Source: Gammaproteobacteria bacterium
Lineage (GTDB): Bacteria; Pseudomonadota; Gammaproteobacteria; CBDBNL01; JAAOII01
Direction of reading: 5' to 3'
Length of the DNA stretch: 64,000 nucleotides
NCBI GenBank assembly: GCA_965207945.1
Contig: OZ242303.1
Location: forward strand, 1,280,935 to 1,344,934
The position numbers were made by a program, and so were the translations under genes. Within the stretch, counting starts at the first letter, position 1, and each line of letters begins with the position of its first letter. Below the pieces are notes generated by a model. The model searched no databases. It worked only from the letters and a program-made list of their open reading frames with translations, and was not told the origin of the DNA. Shown one piece after another: positions 36,518 to 45,318 of the stretch.

Positions 36518-37986
36518 GTAATAATAAGAACAATGGGTCCGTTGAGAATGTTAAAGATTTTCTTGAACACATCAACAAAATTGTAAAGCCAGAAACTCAA
36601 AAGGCAAGCAAAGTTTTATTTAGAGGGCAAGAGAGTGCAGAGTGGCCAATAGAAACATCTGCTCATAGACGTTTAAGAGGAAAATCAAATGAAAAAATAA
36701 TATCAGAAGAACAAGAACTATATTACAATATTAGATTAATAGAACAGTTTAAACATGGGGATTTCCATAGTCCTAATTCATCAGAAATGATGAAAAATGA
36801 CTTAGGTATTCTAGCCCAATTACAACATCAGGGAGCTGCTACTTCATTAATTGATTTCTCGGATAATCCTTTAGTCGCTTTATGGTTTGCTTGCCAAGAA
36901 AGCCCAAAATCGGTTAGTGATCATAATGGACAGGTATTCATTCTATCTACAAGTAGTAATAAATATAATTTTGAAGAGATAGATAGTATTGAACAAATAG
37001 AGTATTATAAAGTAAGTATTCCTGATCAATTACACAATCCTAAGATAGATGGTATATTGAACGACCCTACGTTCTTCTATTGGAAACCAGCACATCTTAA
37101 TAACCGTATTACTGCCCAGCAATCATATTTTTTGATAGGCAAAAGAAAACTCCCAGAAATGGAAAAAATATCTATAGAAGAAAATTCAAAATTTAATATC
37201 CTAAAAGAGTTATTATCAGTATATGGGATTAATGAAGTAACGCTATACCCCGATTTAGTCGGTTTTGCGCAAGCAAATTCTTCACGTTCATCTTATGACC
37301 AAGAGACACAAAATGAAACACAAAAATTTATATATAAAAAAAGTATTTTTCGCCTAAATAAAAAGATCAAAGAAAACTCTGAAGATTATGATTCTTATAG
37401 CAAACGAGGGGTTGCCAAATATAAATTGGATGATTATAAAGGTGCTATTGATGATTGGAGTGAAGTTATCAAGGTTAATCCAAATAATGCAACTATTTAC
37501 TATAATTGTGGGGTCGCTAAGGGTAAATTAAAAGATTATAAAAGAGCTATTGATAATTATGATAAAGCCATTAAGTATAATCCAGATTATGCAGACGCTT
37601 ACAATAATCGTGGTGATGCAAAAGATCAATTAAAAGATAATAAAGGCGCTATGGATGATTACAATAAAGCTATTAAGATTGATCCAAACCATGCAGATGC
37701 TTACAATAATCGTGGGGCAGCTAAATATGAATTAAAAGATAATAAAGGTGCTATGGATGATTACAATAAAGCTATTGAGATTAATCCAAATTATGCAACT
37801 GCTTACAATAATCGTGGCGATGCTAAAATTAAATTAGAAGATTATAAAGGCGCTATTGATGATTATCAAACAGTTTTAAAACATAGTAAGGATACAAACT
37901 TAACTGAGATTGCAAATAAAAATATTAAGCTAGGCAAGGCAAAATTAAAGGAAGTACAGAATAAATTTTCTAAAGATAAGAAGTAG
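36514..37986 (+). CDS. FRG-domain protein fused to C-terminal TPR repeats (paralog 2)
   Basis: KVLFRGQESAEWPIETSAHRR and LGILAQLQHQGAATSLIDFSDNPLVALWFA, then about 6 TPRs. Starts at TTG. Confidence 0.7.
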   Translation: MSNNKNNGSVENVKDFLEHINKIVKPETQKASKVLFRGQESAEWPIETSAHRRLRGKSNEKIISEEQELYYNIRLIEQFKHGDFHSPNSSEMMKNDLGILAQLQHQGAATSLIDFSDNPLVALWFACQESPKSVSDHNGQVFILSTSSNKYNFEEIDSIEQIEYYKVSIPDQLHNPKIDGILNDPTFFYWKPAHLNNRITAQQSYFLIGKRKLPEMEKISIEENSKFNILKELLSVYGINEVTLYPDLVGFAQANSSRSSYDQETQNETQKFIYKKSIFRLNKKIKENSEDYDSYSKRGVAKYKLDDYKGAIDDWSEVIKVNPNNATIYYNCGVAKGKLKDYKRAIDNYDKAIKYNPDYADAYNNRGDAKDQLKDNKGAMDDYNKAIKIDPNHADAYNNRGAAKYELKDNKGAMDDYNKAIEINPNYATAYNNRGDAKIKLEDYKGAIDDYQTVLKHSKDTNLTEIANKNIKLGKAKLKEVQNKFSKDKK

Positions 37987-38072
37987 TTAAATTATGTCTT
38001 TTAGTGGTGGTGGTTTAGCTAAAATTTAAAGGGGTGAGTTATTGTAGAGGATTGTATATTATCTTATAGTTC

Positions 38073-38822
38073 TTATTTTTTAAGATGGAAGGATTCACTG
38101 TATTTGTATAGATACCAAACAAAGTGACTTAAAAATATTTCATCTGTCGTACCACTTTTTAGTTCGTCTTGGAATTGTTGTTTAATTTCTTTCATTAGAA
38201 ATAGGTTTTTCCTAAACCATTGTTGGGACTCAGTGTAATGACTATCGTCAGGATGATATTGCTCAATCATTTTTTCTCTAATTAGCCAATCAAATAGAGG
38301 GTTAAATTTTTGTATATCCACTGTTGTGGATACTTCAGTTGTGCTGGCTGCCGCTGTGCGGAGAATTCTTATTAGATTATTAGATCCTTTTTCTTCTTTC
38401 CAAATTTTTTCAAAACGCTGAAGAGTAATATCTGTTGGATTTAAGATTAGTTCTGTAAGGGCAGACATAAAATTATCACTTCCGATAAATGAATGGAATT
38501 GTTCCTTTGATAACATTGACTGCCCGCATGAAGCAATACCATTATTTTTTTTGTAAAGTAACTCCTCTAAAAATTCTTCATTTTCTCCCCATGAGTGATT
38601 CCCAGTTTTAATGAGATTTCTTATTCTTTTGAGTTTACCAAATAAATATTTATGTTGGCCGTACCAATATTTAACGCTTTCTATGCCTTCTATCTCTTCC
38701 CTTTCCATGCGTTGGTTAACGAGGCGTTCGTAAAGTAATTTTAATGTAGTTGTCATGTTTATATTATAGTGTATTTTAATGATATGAGTATAGCGATGGC
38801 TTGTTGTAAGTTCAAAGTCCAT
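38073..38822 (-). CDS. free-standing homolog of the McrB N-terminal domain (no AAA+ module); likely start at internal Met (38756)
   Basis: Aligns with McrB residues about 60-215. NNGIASCGQSMLSKEQFHSFIGSDNFMSALTELILNPTD..RILRTAAASTTEVSTTVDIQKFNPLFDWLIREKMI..FLMKEIKQQFQDELKSGTTDEIFLSHFVW is similar to DNGIASCKQSGLLPKRFNSFIKDDNFMSALESLIKNPTE..RIAAASTLGVSTTVSVKKFDAVFKWLMKEKMI..FLMKEIREKLQNELENEKTDEFYLSMFVW. Confidence 0.65.
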   Translation of the reverse strand: MDFELTTSHRYTHIIKIHYNINMTTTLKLLYERLVNQRMEREEIEGIESVKYWYGQHKYLFGKLKRIRNLIKTGNHSWGENEEFLEELLYKKNNGIASCGQSMLSKEQFHSFIGSDNFMSALTELILNPTDITLQRFEKIWKEEKGSNNLIRILRTAAASTTEVSTTVDIQKFNPLFDWLIREKMIEQYHPDDSHYTESQQWFRKNLFLMKEIKQQFQDELKSGTTDEIFLSHFVWYLYKYSESFHLKK

Positions 38823-38835
38823 TTATTCATATAAC

Positions 38836-38960
38836 GCGAGTATCCCGATGGTGCATTGCAAGAGTTAGATATTTTGCGGGCGGAGCATGGCTCCGCCCCT
38901 ACAGACCATCATTCCAAGGATTTAGACATCATAGGTGTTTACCATTGCAAGAATTTATAC
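38836..38960. mobile_element. REP/MITE-like palindromic element, copy 1 (island right boundary)
   Basis: Core ttttgcgggcggagcatggctccgcccctacagacc (38872-38907) with an imperfect GCGGGCGGAGC/GCTCCGCCC palindrome. Flanked by a cattgcaaga direct repeat (38854 and 38947). Confidence 0.6.
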
Positions 38961-39022
38961 ACCATGCCAGGTTAGTGTCGTAATGTCATACACCGCACAT
39001 AAGTGCGGTGTTAATTACAATG

Positions 39023-40255
39023 TTATTCAGCGGTGTGGTGTTCGTCGCAGGCGGCTTGGATGGCGGTGAGGCGGGCTTCGCGGACGGCGGCAGGTATGTC
39101 TATATCTGGTGTATTCTGGATGGCAGCTCGGATGTCTACTGCTGTGGCTGCTTTGGCTATTTGGGCGAATAGGTCGCCGCGGGTGTAAGCTGCGGTTTCA
39201 AATCCTAATCTGCCGCGGGAGTCGGCTTTGCACAGGAGGAGGAAGTCGGCAAAGCGGTGGGGGCGTCGCCATAAGTCAAAGGCGTCAAATACTTTTAGCA
39301 TTGTGTCGGGGTTCATTTCTTTGCAGCGGTGGGTGTGGGTGTGGTAGCGGCAGCACAGGACTGAGAAGTCCGTAATCTCGCGGGGGGCGGTTATGCGCTC
39401 ACATAACTTCTGCACTAATGGCACTCCTCTTTCTTCGTGTCCTCTATGTGAAGGTAAGATGTCTTTGGGGGTGGTGCCTTTGCCGAGGTCGTGGGTTAAG
39501 GCGGCAAATCTGATGGAGACCTTGTTGGATAATAAAGCTGCTTGTTTGAGGACTGCCAGAGTGTGAATGCCGCAATCTATCTCTGGATGATACTTAGGTG
39601 GTTGGGGGATGCCGAATAGTTTTTCCACTTCGGGGTACCAGTAGTTCAGCCCTCCTACTTCGTGCAGCACTTCAAAGAATATATGCGGTGCGGTGCTTTC
39701 TAATGCTTTGCTGCTTTCAACCCAGATTCTTTCGGCGCTCATGGTGTCCAGTTCGCCCACCATTTGTTTGAGCATCTCAGTGGTTTCATCGGCTATGGTG
39801 AAGCCCATTGTATGGAACTTGGCGGCAAATCTTGCCACGCGTAGGACGCGCAGTGGGTCTTCTACAAATGCCTCTGATGTGTGGCGGATAATCTTATTTT
39901 CTAAATCTTGCTGACCTTTATAAAAGTCAATGATATCTCCGTTGGCATCTTGCGCCATGGCGTTGATGGTGATGTCGCGTCTTTTGAGGTCGTCTTCCAG
40001 GGTGACGTCTGCGGCGCTATAGAAGGTGAAGCCGTGGTATCCCCTGCCCTTTTTGCGTTCGGTGCGGGCTAAGGCGTATTCTTCTTTGGTGGTGGGATGG
40101 AGGAATACGGGGAAGTCCTTGCCTACTGGTTTGAAGCCGGCGGCGAGCATTTGTTCGGGGGTGGCGCCAACGGTTACCCAGTCCCTGTCATGGGTTGGGA
40201 TGTTGAGGAGTTTGTCGCGCACGGCGCCGCCAACAATGTAGTGTTTAATTGCCAT
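39023..40255 (-). CDS. cca: CCA-adding tRNA nucleotidyltransferase with HD domain
   Basis: N-terminal IVGGAVRDKLL.. pol-beta NTase motif and C-terminal HD (HTLAV...THDLGK). Hairpin ccgcacataagtgcggtg is downstream (38987-39004). Confidence 0.9.
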   Translation of the reverse strand: MAIKHYIVGGAVRDKLLNIPTHDRDWVTVGATPEQMLAAGFKPVGKDFPVFLHPTTKEEYALARTERKKGRGYHGFTFYSAADVTLEDDLKRRDITINAMAQDANGDIIDFYKGQQDLENKIIRHTSEAFVEDPLRVLRVARFAAKFHTMGFTIADETTEMLKQMVGELDTMSAERIWVESSKALESTAPHIFFEVLHEVGGLNYWYPEVEKLFGIPQPPKYHPEIDCGIHTLAVLKQAALLSNKVSIRFAALTHDLGKGTTPKDILPSHRGHEERGVPLVQKLCERITAPREITDFSVLCCRYHTHTHRCKEMNPDTMLKVFDAFDLWRRPHRFADFLLLCKADSRGRLGFETAAYTRGDLFAQIAKAATAVDIRAAIQNTPDIDIPAAVREARLTAIQAACDEHHTAE

Positions 40256-40598
40256 GTCCCCCGCGGATGTGGTGTTTCCATTTGGTAAAGAGGTAGTTGC
40301 TGATTTGTTTGATGCCGATGATTCTGGTGGGCATGGTTAGCCAGCCCAATCCTATGGCGCAGTATGCCAGGTGGATTGCGTCTAAGTCCTTGACGTATCT
40401 GCCGTCTGCGGTGCGCAGGTGGAGTGAGGAGTTAAGTTCAAAGCGTGTAACTGGCAAAGTTGAGGCATCAAACCCTTTGGTGCTTATGTCCTTAAAGGAT
40501 AGTCGCTTGTGTTTGTCTTTGTTTGCCAGCCAAGTCATTTTGCGACAACATAAGGAGCAAGCACCGTCATAGTAGAGTGTCAGTTTTTGCGGGTTCAT
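40245..40598 (-). CDS. DCC-family thiol-disulfide oxidoreductase (DUF393)
   Basis: LYYDGACSLCCRKM CxxC motif at the N-terminus, 117 aa. Confidence 0.7.
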   Translation of the reverse strand: MNPQKLTLYYDGACSLCCRKMTWLANKDKHKRLSFKDISTKGFDASTLPVTRFELNSSLHLRTADGRYVKDLDAIHLAYCAIGLGWLTMPTRIIGIKQISNYLFTKWKHHIRGGHGN

Positions 40599-40617
40599 GT
40601 AGCGCTGGGCGCATTAA

Positions 40618-41613
40618 TTAGGGTAGCAGGTGCTTGACTGCGTCTCGTTCTTCTTTTAGTTCCTGTTCGGTTGCCGCCATCATTTTACGGCTGAAGTCAT
40701 TAATGGCAATATCCTGCACGATGGATACCTTGCCGTTGCTGCACTGAACCGGGTAGGAGTAAAACAAATCTTGCTCTATGTCGTAATTGCCGCCTCCGCA
40801 AATGGACATGCTCACCCAATCATCGGCGGGGCTGCCAAGTTCCCAATCACGCATTGCTTCTAAAGCTGCGTTAGCCGCGCTAGCGGCGCTGGAGGAGCCG
40901 CGCGCTTTTATAACTGTGGCGCCGCGTTGCTGGACGGCTGGAATCATTTCTTCCTTATACCATTTGTCATCAATAATGCTGAGGGCGCTTTTGCCATCAA
41001 TCTGGCAATTATGGATGTCGGGATATTGGGTAGCTGAGTGGTTGCCCCATATTATCGCATGTTTGATTTTTGCAACTGGAACGCCGCTCTTGATGGATAG
41101 CTGCGCCAAAGTGCGATTGTGGTCTAAACGTGTCATAGCAGAAAAGTTATCCGCTGAGAGGTTTGGCGCATTGTGCATTGCAATAAGGGCGTTGGTGTTG
41201 GCGGGGTTGCCCACCACTAATACCTTCACTCCAGGAGATGCGTTAGTATTAAGTGCCTTGCCTTGCGCGGAGAATATTTCCGCGTTGCCTTCAAGCAAAT
41301 CCTTTCTTTCCATTCCTGGACCGCGTGGTCTGGAGCCCACCAGGAATACCATGTCCGCATCGGCAAATGCTTCTTCGGGGCTGGCAGTGCAGGTGATTTT
41401 ATTTAATGTGGGGAAGGCACAATCTTCCAGCTCCATCTTGAGTCCGCTAAGCGCTGGCAGCGCTGGGGGTATCTCCAATAAATTAAGATTAATTGTAGTA
41501 TTGCTATCTTCTCTCCCACCAGCCAAGAGTTCTCCTGCTGCCACGCGAAAAACAAGCGCGTAGCCAATCTGTCCGCCAGCGCCAGTAATTGCAATTGTTT
41601 TAGATTTGTTCAT
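40618..41613 (-). CDS. mdh: malate dehydrogenase (LDH-like family 2)
   Basis: [22 protein letters not shown]-binding motif, substrate-binding MTRLDHNR, catalytic His region [10 protein letters not shown]. Confidence 0.9.
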   Translation of the reverse strand: MNKSKTIAITGAGGQIGYALVFRVAAGELLAGGREDSNTTINLNLLEIPPALPALSGLKMELEDCAFPTLNKITCTASPEEAFADADMVFLVGSRPRGPGMERKDLLEGNAEIFSAQGKALNTNASPGVKVLVVGNPANTNALIAMHNAPNLSADNFSAMTRLDHNRTLAQLSIKSGVPVAKIKHAIIWGNHSATQYPDIHNCQIDGKSALSIIDDKWYKEEMIPAVQQRGATVIKARGSSSAASAANAALEAMRDWELGSPADDWVSMSICGGGNYDIEQDLFYSYPVQCSNGKVSIVQDIAINDFSRKMMAATEQELKEERDAVKHLLP

Positions 41614-41663
41614 TAGTAAATTATGGTTTAAATAATATTAAATAATATGATGCATAATTGTCA

Positions 41664-42620
41664 TTATAACACGAACATCTTCGCCGCTATAATTGCCAGG
41701 TACGCGCAGTATATTGCTAAGAATAAAGCACCTAATAATTTATGTATTTGCCTTTGTCCTTTCCATGAGAAACACAGCGCTATGAATAAGATGGTTATCA
41801 TGGCTAAAAAGCCGCCATCACGATATAACTCTTCTTTCTCCAGTTGTAGCGGTTTGAATAAATGGACGACTGGCAACACCAGTAGAATATTGAAAATATT
41901 GGAGCCCATAATATTGCCGATGATGAGGCGTGGTCTTTTTATCATGGCAAGCTTAACTGATACCACAAGTTCTGGCAAGGAAGTGCCGAAAGCAACCAGG
42001 GTTAAGCTGACCAGCTGTTCTGAGGCGCCAAGGTTGTAGGCGAGTTGCGATGCCGCATCAACGGTTAAGGGCGCACCAAAGCCAACACATGCCATGCCGC
42101 CCACTATGCTAAAAATGAGGCGTGGCAGTTTCATTGCTTCTATGTCGTCTTCTTCGTCCGTCTGGGATTTTGTTTTTGCCATTATCACCATGCTAACAAC
42201 AAACAGCGCTAACAAGGGGATTGCCTCAAACGGAGTTAGAACTAAATCGGAAGCAAAAAGCAGGAATAGCATAGTGGCGGCAGCCACCAGGATAAACTGG
42301 TAGCGCACCTCTTGCGCTGTGAAAACTATCGGCACTGCGCATAAGCAAGCGGATAGTCCGAGGATTAGCCCTATGTTGGCGATGTTGGAACCTATGACAT
42401 TGCCATAAGCAACTAATGGGGTGTCGGATATGACAGATGAGACGGATACCCCGAGTTCTGGCAAGGAAGTGCCAAATCCTAAGATTATTGCCCCAGCTAC
42501 CAGCGGGGATAAGTTGAATCGTTTTGCCAGATAGCGGGCGACATTGATGAGCGCTTCAGCGCCCCAGATTAGTAATCCAATGCCGGCTGTCAGTAATAGC
42601 AGTGGTGTTATGTATTCCAC
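41664..42620 (-). CDS. Ca2+/Na+ antiporter (CaCA/YrbG family)
   Basis: Two alpha-repeats with GTSLPEL signatures (GFGTSLPELGVSV and AFGTSLPELVVSV), 10 TM segments. Confidence 0.85.
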   Translation of the reverse strand: MEYITPLLLLTAGIGLLIWGAEALINVARYLAKRFNLSPLVAGAIILGFGTSLPELGVSVSSVISDTPLVAYGNVIGSNIANIGLILGLSACLCAVPIVFTAQEVRYQFILVAAATMLFLLFASDLVLTPFEAIPLLALFVVSMVIMAKTKSQTDEEDDIEAMKLPRLIFSIVGGMACVGFGAPLTVDAASQLAYNLGASEQLVSLTLVAFGTSLPELVVSVKLAMIKRPRLIIGNIMGSNIFNILLVLPVVHLFKPLQLEKEELYRDGGFLAMITILFIALCFSWKGQRQIHKLLGALFLAIYCAYLAIIAAKMFVL

Positions 42621-42670
42621 AAGAATTTATGCATCCCCAGTCAGTTTTTTAGGAGGTATTTGGGGGAGAT

Positions 42671-43201
42671 TTATTGGGTGAATTTTTTCTGCCAGTTTTG
42701 GTTGGCGCTTTTGATGTGGTTATCTAAGTCAGCGCGAAAATCTTGATTATACTTAGCGCTAAAGTTTAGGTATAGCTTGCCGTCTTTGATAACATATTGA
42801 GTTGGGTCCACCTTAACCTTGTCGCCATAAACAGACATTGCATAAGCGCAATAGCCGTTATATTGAGGCACATATTTCTCTGGCGTTGCCTTGAATAATG
42901 CTAAGTTCTCCGCAGAAGAGAAGCGCCATTCAACGTCTTCATATACATGTCTAAACTCGGCGCTGCCTTTAACCGCTTTATCCTGGGTGAAATAGGCAAC
43001 CGTGTCATAGCCCTTAATCGCAGATGAAGAAAATAGCCCAGTAAAATAATCATGCCCGTCATGGCTTTGCGCCGACAAGGGCAGAGAAACAGCCATAACT
43101 GCCATCAATAGAAATAGTTTTTTTGTTAATCCCCTTATTAGTAGTTCCTTCATTGGTAATGCGCTAAATAATGTATCAGTAATAAATGTGTGTAAACACA
43201 A
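42671..43201 (-). CDS. secreted YHS-like domain protein (paralog A; probable start MKELL at about 43153)
   Basis: Signal peptide, then GYDTVAYFT...WRFSSAENLALFKATPEKYVPQYNGYCAYAM...KDGKLYLNF. It is 50-60% identical to the next gene. Confidence 0.5.
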   Translation of the reverse strand: MCLHTFITDTLFSALPMKELLIRGLTKKLFLLMAVMAVSLPLSAQSHDGHDYFTGLFSSSAIKGYDTVAYFTQDKAVKGSAEFRHVYEDVEWRFSSAENLALFKATPEKYVPQYNGYCAYAMSVYGDKVKVDPTQYVIKDGKLYLNFSAKYNQDFRADLDNHIKSANQNWQKKFTQ

Positions 43202-43292
43202 AAATAACGAGGCAGAATGAATACACCCTGCCCCGTTAAACTCCCGCTCAGTAAAACTTACTAAACCTAAATAGTGTTATCTAGTTATTTAG

Positions 43293-43748
43293 TTATTTAG
43301 TAAGTATATTCTTCCAGTTCTTGTCCCCATCAACTATAAATTGGTCAATGTCATCATTAAACTGTTTCCCAATTTTTTTGTTGAAATTAAGATAAAGCTT
43401 ATCGTCCTTGATAGTGTATATTTTGGGGTCTACCTTGACCTTTTTACCATAAGAACCCATTGCATAAGCGCAATAGCCATTATACTGAGGCGCATATTTT
43501 GCTGGATTAGCTTTGAATAGGTCAAGATTCTCGGCAGAAGCGAAGCGCCAAGTTGCTCCTTTATACTCGTAGCTGTAATCAGCAACACCTTTGACAGGTT
43601 CACTTTGAGTAAAATAGGAAACAGCATCGTATCCCTTAATCGCTGCGCCCTTAGCCGTATAAACCGGTTCATTAGCGTAGGCAGTAAAAGACATCAGTGA
43701 TATTAATGATATCAACATAGTAAAAGTGAATAATATTAACTTTTTCAT
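43293..43748 (-). CDS. secreted YHS-like domain protein (paralog B)
   Basis: Signal peptide MKKLILFTFTMLISLISLMSFTAYA; GYDAVSYFT...WRFASAENLDLFKANPAKYAPQYNGYCAYAM...KDDKLYLNF. Confidence 0.5.
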   Translation of the reverse strand: MKKLILFTFTMLISLISLMSFTAYANEPVYTAKGAAIKGYDAVSYFTQSEPVKGVADYSYEYKGATWRFASAENLDLFKANPAKYAPQYNGYCAYAMGSYGKKVKVDPKIYTIKDDKLYLNFNKKIGKQFNDDIDQFIVDGDKNWKNILTK

Positions 43749-43810
43749 AATTAGTAATAATTTAGTTATTTATCTCTATATTATACACTTTTTCCTGTTT
43801 AATTAACAAT

Positions 43811-44593
43811 ATGAATGAAAAGCGTAAAAAATATATTAAAGGAGGGTATATAAGAGGAATAGCCAGTAAACGGAGAGGGCTATTACCAGGGATGTTAACT
43901 ACTGGCTCTTTGTTTATAAGTTTCTACGGAATAGTTTCTGCCATTAGTGGCGACTATGTTAGCGCGGCAATTGCCATAATAGGCGCTGCCTTTTTGGATG
44001 CCTTTGATGGGCGAGTAGCGCGTCTGACTAAAAGCAGCAGCACCTTCGGCGAGCATTATGATTCGTTAGCCGATGTTATTGCCTTTGGCGTAACTCCAGC
44101 AGTCCTGCTTTACTGCCGCGGATTAGATATGTGGGGTAATGTGGGCATCAGCATAGCATTTGTTTTTATGTCTTGTTGTTGTGTCCGTTTAGCGAGGTTC
44201 TCCACTGATACTGATGAGGGCTCCAAGGATTTTAATGGCATGCCAAGTCCCGCTGCTGGCGGATTTGTTGCCGCAACAATATGGATTATGGAGTTATACC
44301 CCATAGACCATATTCTGTCTTTATATCTCTCAGGGTTAATTGCCAGTGCCACAGGGTTATTGATGGTAAGCAATCTGCCTTTTATAAGTGGCAGAAGATT
44401 CATCCTATTTACCAATCATAAGATTTCCTTTAATACTGTGCTGGCAATATTCTATTTTGGGCTGTTAATCACCAAGCCCGCGGAAGTATTGTTTTTCTCT
44501 GGCTGCCTATACATAACTATAGCGATAATTAGTAAAATTAAAATTCAGACACAAGAGGCGAAGGTGGCAGGAAAAGACAAAGCATTAGAGTGA
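43811..44593 (+). CDS. pssA: CDP-diacylglycerol--serine O-phosphatidyltransferase
   Basis: CDP-alcohol phosphatidyltransferase motif DAFDGRVARLTKSSSTFGEHYDSLADVIAFG; multi-TM. Confidence 0.8.
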   Translation: MNEKRKKYIKGGYIRGIASKRRGLLPGMLTTGSLFISFYGIVSAISGDYVSAAIAIIGAAFLDAFDGRVARLTKSSSTFGEHYDSLADVIAFGVTPAVLLYCRGLDMWGNVGISIAFVFMSCCCVRLARFSTDTDEGSKDFNGMPSPAAGGFVAATIWIMELYPIDHILSLYLSGLIASATGLLMVSNLPFISGRRFILFTNHKISFNTVLAIFYFGLLITKPAEVLFFSGCLYITIAIISKIKIQTQEAKVAGKDKALE

Positions 44594-44600
44594 TATTCAA

Positions 44601-45314
44601 GTGATATTCAATAACAAAGTAAACGCAGAACAGGAAAAAGCAGCGGCGCAAAAGTCACAAGCGGCGCAATATGCCCTCAAAAAACTAACCGCCCTCCCCC
44701 TGGAAGATCTCACTCTGGGCATAGGCACTGGCTCTACCATAAACATTATGATAGAACAGTTAGCTCAAATTAAAAACAGATTACGTAAGCCCGCAGCGGT
44801 GAGCTCCAAAGCAAGCGCAGTATTGCTGGATAAATACGGCATTGCTTATGAGGACAACAACATGATTAATGGCATTGATTTATACATTGACGGCGCTGAT
44901 GAAGTGGATGAGTTTTGCCGCATGATTAAGGGTGGTGGCGGCGCGCTTACTGGCGAGAAGATACTCGCTGCTCAGGCAAAAGAGTTCTGGTGTGTTGTGG
45001 ATGAAAGCAAGAGGGTTGATGTGTTGGGTAATTTCCCCGTAGCAGTGGAGATGGTAAAAAGCGCCCGCAGTTTAGTATCGCGTGAGTTGCTAAAGATGGG
45101 AGGCAACCCCGAATATCGCCATGATTTTGTTAGTGACCACGGCAACCCTATTGTGGATGTTTATGGCTTGGATTTGACGGAACCCTTGAAAATGGAAGAG
45201 AGAATCAATAATCTGCCTGGTGTGGTTTGTAATGGAATTTTTGCTCGCAACCATGCCAGCAAAGTAATCTGCGCCACAGATGATGGAGTTATTGAACTAA
45301 CCCGTCCAGCATAG
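44601..45314 (+). CDS. rpiA: ribose-5-phosphate isomerase A
   Basis: LGIGTGST, DGADEVD, KGGGGALTGEKI motifs. Confidence 0.9.
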   Translation: MIFNNKVNAEQEKAAAQKSQAAQYALKKLTALPLEDLTLGIGTGSTINIMIEQLAQIKNRLRKPAAVSSKASAVLLDKYGIAYEDNNMINGIDLYIDGADEVDEFCRMIKGGGGALTGEKILAAQAKEFWCVVDESKRVDVLGNFPVAVEMVKSARSLVSRELLKMGGNPEYRHDFVSDHGNPIVDVYGLDLTEPLKMEERINNLPGVVCNGIFARNHASKVICATDDGVIELTRPA

Positions 45315-45318
45315 CCCC

